Assembly: GCA_964583985.1 (NCBI GenBank)
Contig: CAZOYD010000096.1
Location: 1 to 10,657, forward strand
Length of the DNA stretch: 10,657 nt
From: an uncultured archaeon
GTDB lineage: Archaea > Asgardarchaeota > Lokiarchaeia > Sigyniarchaeales > SOKP01
Reading direction: 5' to 3'
The notes beneath the pieces were generated by a model. That model saw only the letters and a list, made by a program, of their open reading frames with translations. It did no database searches and was not told where the DNA came from. Below are positions 1 to 7,660 of this stretch, one piece after another. A program made the position numbers and the translations under genes. Each line of letters starts with the position of its first letter. The stretch's first letter is position 1.

Positions 1-234
1 GTAACAATTAAAGAACATAGAAAACTTATCTTAGTTGTTAGAGAAAGTCCTTTCAGTGCAATTCATTTAGAAAATATGCTAAAATTATCAAGATTAGGCG
101 TTATTATTGCTCCTCCAATTCCATCTTATTACATAAAACCAAAAAGCATTGAAGAACTTAACGAATATTTTATAGGTAGAATTCTAGATCACATTGGTAT
201 TGATAGTAGGATTAAAAGATGGGGGAATAAGTAA
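1..234 (+). CDS. ubiX: UbiX-family flavin prenyltransferase, C-terminal part (5' end lies outside the window)
   Basis: Hand translation of frame +1: VTIKEHRKLILVVRESPFSAIHLENMLKLSRLGVIIAPPIPSYYIKPKSIEELNEYFIGRILDHIGIDSRIKRWGNK*, stop TAA at 232-234. Matches the UbiX pattern KE-R-L-L--RE-P---IHLENML-L---G--I-PP-P--Y--P. Not in the ORF track. It lies next to a UbiD-family gene that needs prenylated FMN. Confidence 0.93.
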   Translation, partial: VTIKEHRKLILVVRESPFSAIHLENMLKLSRLGVIIAPPIPSYYIKPKSIEELNEYFIGRILDHIGIDSRIKRWGNK

Positions 235-249
235 AATACTAGAAATAAG

Positions 250-1395
250 TTACATGAATTGCTTTTGACTTAACCAGAAGAATAAATCGCCAATAATCAC
301 ATATTTATTCCGATTGGTTTTCAATTCACTTAAATTTTTTAAATTCATCAACCACATACTCGAGCGTAATTCATTTTTCAAAGTTCTTATTTCTCTTACC
401 GTATTTGATATCGTTTTGTTTTTTCTATCTTGCCATGCGGATTTTAAGAATTTGTAAGCAAATCCCCCAATGTCAGCTCCTAAAGCAATGGATTTTGCGA
501 TGTCAATTCCAGTTTTCAATCCTCCTGTAGCAATAATTAGTTTTTGCGAAACTGAACGAACATTAATGGTGCTTACAGGAGTAGGAATTCCCCATTCCCT
601 AAATACATCAGCAGGATTACGAGAATATTTATCATTATCAAAATTCTTACGTTTTGACTCAATCGCAGCGAAACTGGTACCACCAGACCCTCCAACATCA
701 AATCCATCAAAACCAAGTTCATCAAGCATCAGTGCAACTTCTTTATTTAATCCCGAACCCACTTCTTTCGCGATGAAAGGAATATCAGTGCTTTCCCTAA
801 TTTTCTCGAAATTTTGCTTGAAATTTTTATATGAAATATTTCCCTCATCTTGAACAAGTTCATGTAATGCGTTCAAGTGGATAGCCATTACATCCGCCTC
901 TATCATATCAATACAATCAGATAAATCTTCTTCTTTGAAATTGGTAGAACTTATTTGACCTAACCCTAAATTGCCAATTACAGGAACCGAAGGAGCATAC
1001 TCGCGTACTATTTTAAAAGAGTCGACGGTAGATAGATCTTCTAATCCAATTCGCTGACTTCCAACGCTCATGACAACATTTTCTTTTTCAGCAGCTTTGG
1101 CAAGGATTTCATTAATTTCCCTTGATAAAGGATGACCTCCAGTTATGGCAGAAATGCAAATAGGCGCTGAAATTTTTTTTTTGAAAAAATTAATTGTGAG
1201 ATTAATTTCCTCCAGATCAATCTCGGGAATGGCATGATGAATCAATTTGATATCTTTAAAATAGTTAACAGAATGTTGCACGTCATATTCAAGAGGAATC
1301 GTTATATGTTCTTCCTTTCTATTTAAAATGTTTTTGGTTTGTTTTGGTCCGGGCATGGTTTGATTTTCAAAATTGCTTTTAGTCATATTATTCAT
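250..1395 (-). CDS. fni: Type 2 (FMN-dependent) isopentenyl-diphosphate delta-isomerase
   Basis: IDI-2 motifs RKEEHI, ISAITGG (MTGG-like), VGSQR, GNLG, HLNxxxE, AKEVGSG, DVGGSGGTSFAAIE, WGIPT, ATGGLKTGIDIAKSIALGA. The ATG overlaps the ipk stop; alternative starts at downstream ATGs are possible. Confidence 0.95.
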   Translation of the reverse strand: MNNMTKSNFENQTMPGPKQTKNILNRKEEHITIPLEYDVQHSVNYFKDIKLIHHAIPEIDLEEINLTINFFKKKISAPICISAITGGHPLSREINEILAKAAEKENVVMSVGSQRIGLEDLSTVDSFKIVREYAPSVPVIGNLGLGQISSTNFKEEDLSDCIDMIEADVMAIHLNALHELVQDEGNISYKNFKQNFEKIRESTDIPFIAKEVGSGLNKEVALMLDELGFDGFDVGGSGGTSFAAIESKRKNFDNDKYSRNPADVFREWGIPTPVSTINVRSVSQKLIIATGGLKTGIDIAKSIALGADIGGFAYKFLKSAWQDRKNKTISNTVREIRTLKNELRSSMWLMNLKNLSELKTNRNKYVIIGDLFFWLSQKQFM

Positions 1396-2203
1396 TAATT
1401 AATATATTTGTACAATTAAATCTTTGATTCTTTAATGATTTATAGATATATCCTTCAGTTAATCCATTTATCAATTGAACGGGTATGTTTAATTCGCATA
1501 TTTTTTTGATTTGAGTAAGCTTACTCTCGATTCCACCAGTTACATCTATCTTTTGACCGAGATCTGCCAAAATTATGTTGTTAAGCTCACTAGAATAGCA
1601 TTCAGTAAGAAATTTACAATTATTACTTTCTAACTCATCCACTTTATATAATCCATCAGATTCCATTGCGAAAATTACTTTAGATATGTTATAACTTTTA
1701 AGAGATTCGCATAATTTTAGAATAATCTCATCTCCTGAAAGTATCGTAAATGATCCGCTTTTATCAAGCATGATATCGCCATATAAAATTGGCATGATTT
1801 TAAGGTCTAATGCAGTTTCAAGAACATCTAAAGTTTCCAATGAAATTGTGTTTGATTTCTTAATAAAAATACTTGAAGTTTGAATTGATAGAACGGGATA
1901 ATTTCTCTCTAAAAATTGTTCAATTACATATGAGTTGAATTTTATCATTGAATGATGAGTTTTCGCTACTCCAAGAATTTGATTTGGTATGGATTTATCA
2001 ATTCCATTTGAAACACTATATTTCTTTGCTAATGGATGACCAAACGAGCCACCACCGTGAAGTAGAATGATCTTTTCATTAGCATCGACTATTTGTTTAA
2101 CTGCACTTGTAATAATGTCTTCTCTTATTGAAAAGGGATTATTTTTATCAGTAAGTAACCCTCCTCCTAATTTTAAAAGAATTACGCTATATTTTGTGTT
2201 CAA
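1388..2203 (-). CDS. ipk: Isopentenyl phosphate kinase (amino-acid kinase family)
   Basis: LKLGGGLLTDK, HGGGSFGH with the IPK signature His, PILYGD, ILSGD, DVTGGIESKL. TTG start. Located between mvk and fni. Confidence 0.93.
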   Translation of the reverse strand: MNTKYSVILLKLGGGLLTDKNNPFSIREDIITSAVKQIVDANEKIILLHGGGSFGHPLAKKYSVSNGIDKSIPNQILGVAKTHHSMIKFNSYVIEQFLERNYPVLSIQTSSIFIKKSNTISLETLDVLETALDLKIMPILYGDIMLDKSGSFTILSGDEIILKLCESLKSYNISKVIFAMESDGLYKVDELESNNCKFLTECYSSELNNIILADLGQKIDVTGGIESKLTQIKKICELNIPVQLINGLTEGYIYKSLKNQRFNCTNILINE

Positions 2204-2216
2204 TTTTGATATACAC

Positions 2217-3183
2217 TCATCCTATCATTGTTTTCCAGGATTCATACCCATCCCTTTTAATGGCATTGAAGATTTTTTCTTGTATTTTTTCATTTTCAGC
2301 TAATGCAATAACTAATCCTCCACGCCCAGTCCCAGTCACTTTGGCTCCGAGTGCTCCATTATTTAATCCAATATCTACTAATTTATCGATAATTTCACTT
2401 GATACAGTGATATCTTGAAGTAATTTATGATTTTGGGTCATTAATTTACCTATTAGCTTTATATCGCTTTTTAATAACGCTTTCTTAGCTTCTTCAGAGA
2501 GAACTTTATATTTCTTGAATATTTCTTCAAATTTTTCAGGATTTTTTTCTTTTAAACGTCTAACATCAGCGACCACTTCTGCAGTTGATGCCGTGATTCC
2601 AGTGTTTGCGATTATTAAAGGGATTTTTTCAGGTGATTGGAGAATTTCCATTGTATTTTTTCCACCCTCTAAATTCTTCACAAACCAGATTAATCCTCCA
2701 TAAGTTGAAGCTGTATTATCTATTCCTGAAGGAGTTCCATGATATGCTCTTTCTCCTTCATATGATGCTTGGTTTATCATTTCATCATCCAACATTAGCG
2801 TAAAAGTATCATTTATTGCCCGTGCAAGTGAAGTAGATTGAGCAGCAGAAGCACCAACCCCGCTAGCGGCAATTAAATTTCCAGAAAATGTTATTTCAAT
2901 TTTCTGAGAATCAACATCTATATGCAAGTATTTAATAACATTTTGAATAGATTGCATGGATTCGTTAAATTTTTGTTCCTTATATCCTGGAGTAGCAAGG
3001 CGTTGATCGTGAACTTCCCATCCTTTTCCGTCAATAATTTTGACCTCAGCAATAGTATAAGAACTCAATGCTGATGCGATTGCAGGAAGACCATAAACCA
3101 CAAAATGATAACGTTAATTCCTGAATTGGGAATTAAATTTCGCCAAATAATATAGTCTTTCCATATCCTATTCCAGTTCCCAA
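2217..3183 (-). CDS. mvk: Mevalonate kinase, split gene: complement(join(2217..3107,3139..3183)), about 311 aa after removing a 31-nt insert
   Basis: Exon 1 (TTG at 3183; in-frame TTGs at 3192 and 3195 also possible) reads MGTGIGYGKTILFGE. Exon 2 begins HFVVYGLPAIASAL. Joining them restores GHMP motif I (GKxILFGEHxVVYG). The remainder has motif II (AASGVGASAA), HGTPSGIDN and motif III (GAKVTGTGRGG). The ORF-track call starting at GTG 3101 lacks motif I. Confidence 0.9.
3108..3138 (-). other. Putative 31-nt archaeal bulge-helix-bulge-type intron in the mvk mRNA
   Basis: Minus-strand read: ...TTT GGC GAA [ATTTAATTCCCAATTCAGGAATTAACGTTAT] CAT TTT GTG.... The insert is 31 nt (not a multiple of 3) and has an immediate in-frame TAA. 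It contains the hairpin TTAATTCC/GGAATTAA with a 7-nt loop, and a 4-bp central helix GGCG/CGTT with 3-nt bulges AA^A and AT^C whose canonical cut positions equal the frame-restoring junctions. Confidence 0.8.
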
Positions 3184-3195
3184 TTTCTTCAACAA

Positions 3196-3316
3196 TTCCT
3201 GATATATGATTTAATATAATTTAAGGAAAATTATTATTTTGATTGAATTACATTAATCGGTTTTTTACTTAAATAATTTTTACCAATATTTAAAAAATTG
3301 GATATGATAACAATCT
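3196..3316 (-). promoter_or_regulatory. Possible internal promoter for mvk-ipk-fni
   Basis: About 120-nt AT-rich gap in an otherwise tightly packed run. The minus strand has AAAAATTATTTAAGTA (BRE/TATA-like, about 3266-3281) and an AGGA SD-like word at 3197-3200. Confidence 0.3.
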
Positions 3317-3703
3317 TTAGATGGTAACAATACCATCGTCACCATTAACAATTAACTTTTGTCCCGTTTTTATTCTTTCAATATCAATCTTATCCACACA
3401 TGGAATCTCACTGATTATGCAACCGACAGCGATGATAGTATCGATTTCTTTATTAATAATTGCTATTGGGGCTGTATTATTTTTCTTCATCCGATACATG
3501 GTATATGAACCTACGGTTGATCCTTTACCAGTAGGGAAGACTAAAACTTTTCCTGTTACAGACTGACCTTCAAGTTCGTGTCCAACCTCAACTACTTTAC
3601 CGGTATCGGGATCAACACCACCATAAAAGGAAATTCCATCATTAGTCACTATAGCTTCTCCTTCAGCCATTCCCTTATATATTTTTCTCCCTGTAAGCTT
3701 CAC
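3317..3703 (-). CDS. Phosphomevalonate dehydratase small subunit (AcnX swivel domain, DUF126)
   Basis: 128 aa with ISFYGGVDPDTG, GKVLVFPTGKGSTVGSY (conserved GxGST Ser motif) and IIAVGCIISEIP. The GTG start overlaps the TGA of the large subunit (GTGA), suggesting translational coupling. Confidence 0.9.
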   Translation of the reverse strand: MKLTGRKIYKGMAEGEAIVTNDGISFYGGVDPDTGKVVEVGHELEGQSVTGKVLVFPTGKGSTVGSYTMYRMKKNNTAPIAIINKEIDTIIAVGCIISEIPCVDKIDIERIKTGQKLIVNGDDGIVTI

Positions 3704-4893
3704 TTCAACGCCTCCTCAACGCAATCTTCAATCGTTCCAATTTTAACCTTAAATTTATTTTTAGCTCGACCATAATAACACGCTTTTGCCGAATCAACCA
3801 TTATCCCTTTAAAGCGTCCCTTAATGGGCGCTACCACACAACAAGTATCCGCAGCAAATTTTGCTCCAGCATCTTCAATCATTTTAGAATAGCCTGCTTC
3901 ATCAGCAATTTTTTTAGTAGGTCGAGCAGTAGTAATCCAAAATTCTTTTTTGACAGTTTTTCCATCTAATAATTGTGATAGAATTGCAATTTCGTGAATT
4001 GATGCGTGGGGACATCCTATACTGACAAAATCAATTTCAATATCATCATCAATAAGATCAGCCCGAGCTTTTTTCATGTCATTTTGACTAATCTCAAACA
4101 TAAGTTTGCTCGGTTTGGGATAGTTATTATATTCTGGGGTGATTCCATCCATGTGGAATAAAGCTGTTCCGCCATAAGTCGCCACTGAAGCACAAAAAGA
4201 TTTAAGCTCTTCGATTGTTGCTGAAGGAATTCCAACAATATATGGAATTTTTTTTCCCAATTCGCCCAATTTATCGCCAATTAATTTTCCTAACACTCCA
4301 AATTCATCTGTACCTTTAATTGGTGTGTTTACTTTAACAAGTACTTGACCATAACGATTTTTATCTAAATGATATCCATAATTAGGCGTCTTTCCTGTTA
4401 ACGCCGAAGCTAGCGCGCTTGGTCCACCTTCTCGATTTGTTCGAGCACCTATTACAGAATTTGAATAACAAACAGCACTACTTTCTGCCCATGCAATATG
4501 TTGTCCGTAATGTGGGTTGTTCCCAATAAGGTAGGGAGTACAAGAACAAGTAGTTACAATTCCCATCTTAGCAAAAGCATCAATTGCTCGATTTTGATTT
4601 ATGGCAAATTCTTCGTCTATCCCTAAAGCTCGCCAATTTTCGCGATCCATCCCTGCAGGATTTAATGTTGTTAACACTCTAACTTTTCCATCTTTAGCCA
4701 TTTCATTTAGAAATTCTAATCCTGCTTCGCCAAGATTGTCATATGAGACACCTGCTATTTGAACGCCAAAAACATCGATCATGTTCTCTGCATCAAAAAT
4801 CTCACCCAAAGTAGTTAATATCTCCATGGATTTTTGTGTAGCTTTTCCATATTTCCCATCGAGCATGTCCTTCTCTTCTTGATTTAATTTCAT
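3700..4893 (-). CDS. Phosphomevalonate dehydratase large subunit (aconitase X catalytic domain, DUF521; Fe-S)
   Basis: Motifs AGVSY, TTLNP, CSCTPY, AWAESSAV, NSVIGARTNREGGP, IGCPHAS and DTCCVVAP provide the AcnX Cys ligands. ATG 4893 is preferred over GTG 4902 because AGGAGTGA (SD-like) lies just upstream of the ATG. Confidence 0.92.
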   Translation of the reverse strand: MKLNQEEKDMLDGKYGKATQKSMEILTTLGEIFDAENMIDVFGVQIAGVSYDNLGEAGLEFLNEMAKDGKVRVLTTLNPAGMDRENWRALGIDEEFAINQNRAIDAFAKMGIVTTCSCTPYLIGNNPHYGQHIAWAESSAVCYSNSVIGARTNREGGPSALASALTGKTPNYGYHLDKNRYGQVLVKVNTPIKGTDEFGVLGKLIGDKLGELGKKIPYIVGIPSATIEELKSFCASVATYGGTALFHMDGITPEYNNYPKPSKLMFEISQNDMKKARADLIDDDIEIDFVSIGCPHASIHEIAILSQLLDGKTVKKEFWITTARPTKKIADEAGYSKMIEDAGAKFAADTCCVVAPIKGRFKGIMVDSAKACYYGRAKNKFKVKIGTIEDCVEEALK

Positions 4894-4904
4894 GTCAATC
4901 ACTC

Positions 4905-6212
4905 CTATTGATTAAAATATTTCTGAAGATCTACTTGAGGAAAATTAGCTCTTTCGAAACTTTTGCCTTTTGCTATTAAAGGTTTAGTTAAATCAAATCC
5001 CATTTTAGTTGTCATTTTCGTTCCTAATTCTGCGCTAGGATCTAAACTACTTCCAGGTTCTTTATCTTTAATTATCAAATCAACATCGCCTTGAAAGCGA
5101 GTTGCCATTGCCCATTCCACAGATAATGGGTTGTAAATATCAATATCTTTATCAACGATAAACACGTGTTTGCAACTTGTATGACCAATAAAAGCACCTT
5201 TTATTGCTTTTTCACCATCTGCTTCTGATTTTTTATCAATTTGTACAATAGCATGTAGCCATGAGCACCCTCCTGGATTGACATTTACATCTAAACATTT
5301 AACCCCAGCTTCGTTCACTTTATTAAAAATAGTGGGTTCTCTCGGCATGCCCATCAATAGCTTATGCTCAAGCGCACCGGGTAATAAAGCTTGCCAAATT
5401 GCATCCTTTCGATGAGTTATTTTTTTCACTTCAAAAACTGGTTCTTCTCTTACAATGTCATAAGTTTCTGTTAAGTCGACAAAAGGGCCTTCAGCGTGTC
5501 TTTCTTCCAAAAAAACTCGCCCTTCTAATACAAATTCTGCTTCTGCAGGAATTAAAAGATCAACTGAATTTGCTTTAACAACTTTTATTGGTTCTAATGC
5601 ATTTGCAATATGTAATTCATCAACTCCAATATCCACAGAGGTTGCTCCAGCAATTAGAATGTTAGGTGTATTGCCTATGCAAAAAGCAACATCCAATTCG
5701 TTATTTTTTTTTAAAAATGCATCAAAATGGCGCCCACTGACTATTCGAGTGGAAAATTTGTTTTTAGAAATTTGCATGGCACGATGAAAATCCATATTTT
5801 GGCCATAGTCGGGGTCTCTTGTGATCACAACAGCAGAACTTATATAGTTTCCCCCATCTTTTTCGCAATGAAATAAAATAGGTAATTTGTCTAAATCTAC
5901 ACTTGATTCTATCACTTCTTGACAAGGAGCGTTTGAAACGATTTGCGGCGGTGAACGTTCAATAATCGCTTTTGAAAGCATTGGTATGATGTCTGCGGGA
6001 GTTACATTAAAATATGAAGCAATTACATTTTTGGTACAGAACATGTTACCAACTACCCGGAATTTAGATTCTTTTACATTATTAAACATTAAGGGAGTTG
6101 GTTCCTTCTCTTTTAATATTCCAGAAATTTCTAAATTCTTTGAAGTCTCAACATTTACCTTTTGGATCAGTCCTTTCTCATCAATATTATTTATATAATC
6201 TCTAAAACCCAT
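4905..6212 (-). CDS. UbiD-family prFMN-dependent decarboxylase, probably anhydromevalonate phosphate decarboxylase
   Basis: UbiD motifs DLDKLPIL, DGGNYISS, FHR, PAEAEFVLEG, EGPFVD, VDKDIDIYN, VEWAMATRFQ, SSLDPS, KMGFDLT. The specific function is inferred from adjacency to the AcnX pair, mvk and ipk. ATG 6212 (preceded by AAGGA) is preferred; GTG 6224 is the alternative. Confidence 0.88.
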   Translation of the reverse strand: MGFRDYINNIDEKGLIQKVNVETSKNLEISGILKEKEPTPLMFNNVKESKFRVVGNMFCTKNVIASYFNVTPADIIPMLSKAIIERSPPQIVSNAPCQEVIESSVDLDKLPILFHCEKDGGNYISSAVVITRDPDYGQNMDFHRAMQISKNKFSTRIVSGRHFDAFLKKNNELDVAFCIGNTPNILIAGATSVDIGVDELHIANALEPIKVVKANSVDLLIPAEAEFVLEGRVFLEERHAEGPFVDLTETYDIVREEPVFEVKKITHRKDAIWQALLPGALEHKLLMGMPREPTIFNKVNEAGVKCLDVNVNPGGCSWLHAIVQIDKKSEADGEKAIKGAFIGHTSCKHVFIVDKDIDIYNPLSVEWAMATRFQGDVDLIIKDKEPGSSLDPSAELGTKMTTKMGFDLTKPLIAKGKSFERANFPQVDLQKYFNQ

Positions 6213-6254
6213 AATTTCCTTCACATATTTCGTTAATTATATTACATTTATCAA

Positions 6255-7526
6255 TTATCTTTCCACTAATTTATTTAATATCTTTTTTGCATGATCAACT
6301 CGGATTTTACCATCTTGAACTAACTGTTTCGCAACTTTTTCTACTAACTCATCTGGAACTCCAGCTGATTTTGCGATATTTCTTGAATGCAATATCATGT
6401 GCCCCCGTTGTATCCCCTCGGCAGCTAAAGCTCTTAATGCTGCTACATTTTGAGCTAAACCTAACGCGGCTGCAATTTGAGATAACTCTCCAGCACTCTT
6501 AACTCCTAAAATTTTTAGTGCCAAGCGTGCCATGGGATGAATTTTTGTCATTCCTCCAACAATACCTAAAGCTAAAGGAATTTCTATTTCTCCAACTAAA
6601 TTTCCATTTGAGTCTGATTCAAATTTTGTGAGGGGTTTATATTTCCCACTTAAGGAAGCATAGGCATGGGCTCCAGCCTCAATAGCACGAGTGTCATTCC
6701 CCGTTGCTAAGGTTAATGCAATTATCCCATTCATTATTCCTTTATTATGTGTTGTTGCCCTATATGGATCAGCGAGCGCAAATTCATAAGCATTCAATAT
6801 ACCTTCCACTACTTCTTCTCCGCCTAACATTTCCTTATCAAAAATTGCTTTACATCGTGCAATTCGATGAGTAGCCAAGTTTGATACGATTCGAAGATAT
6901 ATTTTCCCACCAGTAATTTCTTCTATATAAGGACTAACGGCTTCAGCCATTGTATTTACTACATTGGCGCCCATCGCGTCTAAAACATCAACCAAAAGAT
7001 GAAGAATTACCATCTTGCCTTTATTTGTTTCTAACTCTCGAATCTCAACATCTAATGCACCACCACCTAACTTAATTAGTAAGGGGTCTTGTTCGTTTGC
7101 AATTTTTAAGATTTCTTCCCGGTTCCTTTTTAAAATTTCCTTAACAGCAGTAGTATCTTTTAATTGAGTTATTTGAATTTGGGAAATCATGATTGATCTA
7201 ACTTCTTCAGAGTGAAATCCTCCATTTTTTCGTGCAATCTTAGCTGCGTTAGAAGCAGCGGCAACAACTGAAGGTTCTTCAATAACCATTGGTAAAAAAT
7301 AATCTTTTCCGTTGATCTTAAAGTTCAAGGCAATTCCTAACGGCAATTGATAACTCCCAATTACGTTTTCTATTAACGTATCAATTTGAGTTGGGCTAAA
7401 ATATCCCAGATTTTGCAATAATTCAACTTCTTCTTGTTCTAAGTCGAGAAATTTTGTTAATTGATCCCGACGTTCTTTTAGTGATAATTTATAAAAACCT
7501 GATATATTTGAAGTAAAATCTCTCAT
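6255..7526 (-). CDS. mvaA: HMG-CoA reductase, class II (bacterial/Archaeoglobus type)
   Basis: SGFYKLS, IENVIG, EEPSVVAAAS, DAMGAN, LRIVSNL, RATTHNKGIMNGI, GNDTRAIEAGAH and GIQRGHM with the C-terminal flap are class II signatures. Confidence 0.95.
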   Translation of the reverse strand: MRDFTSNISGFYKLSLKERRDQLTKFLDLEQEEVELLQNLGYFSPTQIDTLIENVIGSYQLPLGIALNFKINGKDYFLPMVIEEPSVVAAASNAAKIARKNGGFHSEEVRSIMISQIQITQLKDTTAVKEILKRNREEILKIANEQDPLLIKLGGGALDVEIRELETNKGKMVILHLLVDVLDAMGANVVNTMAEAVSPYIEEITGGKIYLRIVSNLATHRIARCKAIFDKEMLGGEEVVEGILNAYEFALADPYRATTHNKGIMNGIIALTLATGNDTRAIEAGAHAYASLSGKYKPLTKFESDSNGNLVGEIEIPLALGIVGGMTKIHPMARLALKILGVKSAGELSQIAAALGLAQNVAALRALAAEGIQRGHMILHSRNIAKSAGVPDELVEKVAKQLVQDGKIRVDHAKKILNKLVER

Positions 7527-7562
7527 AAACTAACATCTCTTTAATCTAGTATAAAATTTGGA

Positions 7563-7651
7563 ATTCTATCATAATTCTTTTCAAGCTCTATTTTTAATTT
7601 AAATATGAGGAAATTAGGAATAGAAACTGACATTATTAAACATGATAGAAT
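7563..7651. repeat. Nested imperfect inverted repeat in the HMGS-HMGR spacer
   Basis: ATTCTATCAT (7563-7572) and ATGATAGAAT (7642-7651) form a perfect 10-bp inverted repeat. Inside it, TCTATTTTTAATTT (7587-7600) pairs with AAATTAGGAATAGA (7611-7624) at 12/14 Watson-Crick, around a 10-nt loop. Confidence 0.5.
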
Positions 7652-7660
7652 GATTTTAAT

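Noticed and set aside
1173-1182. 10-nt homopolymer (A10 on the fni coding strand) as a phase-variation site
   Set aside because: The frame is intact (FFKKKI) and such runs are expected in AT-rich, Lys-rich coding DNA.
2217-3101. ORF-track call of mvk starting at GTG 3101 (294 aa)
   Set aside because: It lacks GHMP motif I, which is clearly encoded upstream at 3139..3183 in another frame.
3108-3138. Programmed frameshift or stop readthrough instead of splicing
   Set aside because: It would insert about 10 residues between the adjacent conserved Glu and His of motif I. Readthrough of the TAA alone would not restore the frame.
2217-3183. mvk as a simple pseudogene or a transposon footprint
   Set aside because: There are no other lesions and no target-site duplication flanks the insert, while the junctions coincide with BHB cleavage geometry. 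Disfavoured, but not excluded without RNA data.
470-6502. Short alternative ORFs (470..853, 2067..2303, 2194..2418, 2515..2703, 2606..2803, 3321..3566, 3578..3775, 4074..4280, 5986..6198, 6287..6502)
   Set aside because: Antisense or off-frame shadows of well-supported genes, with no recognisable motifs.
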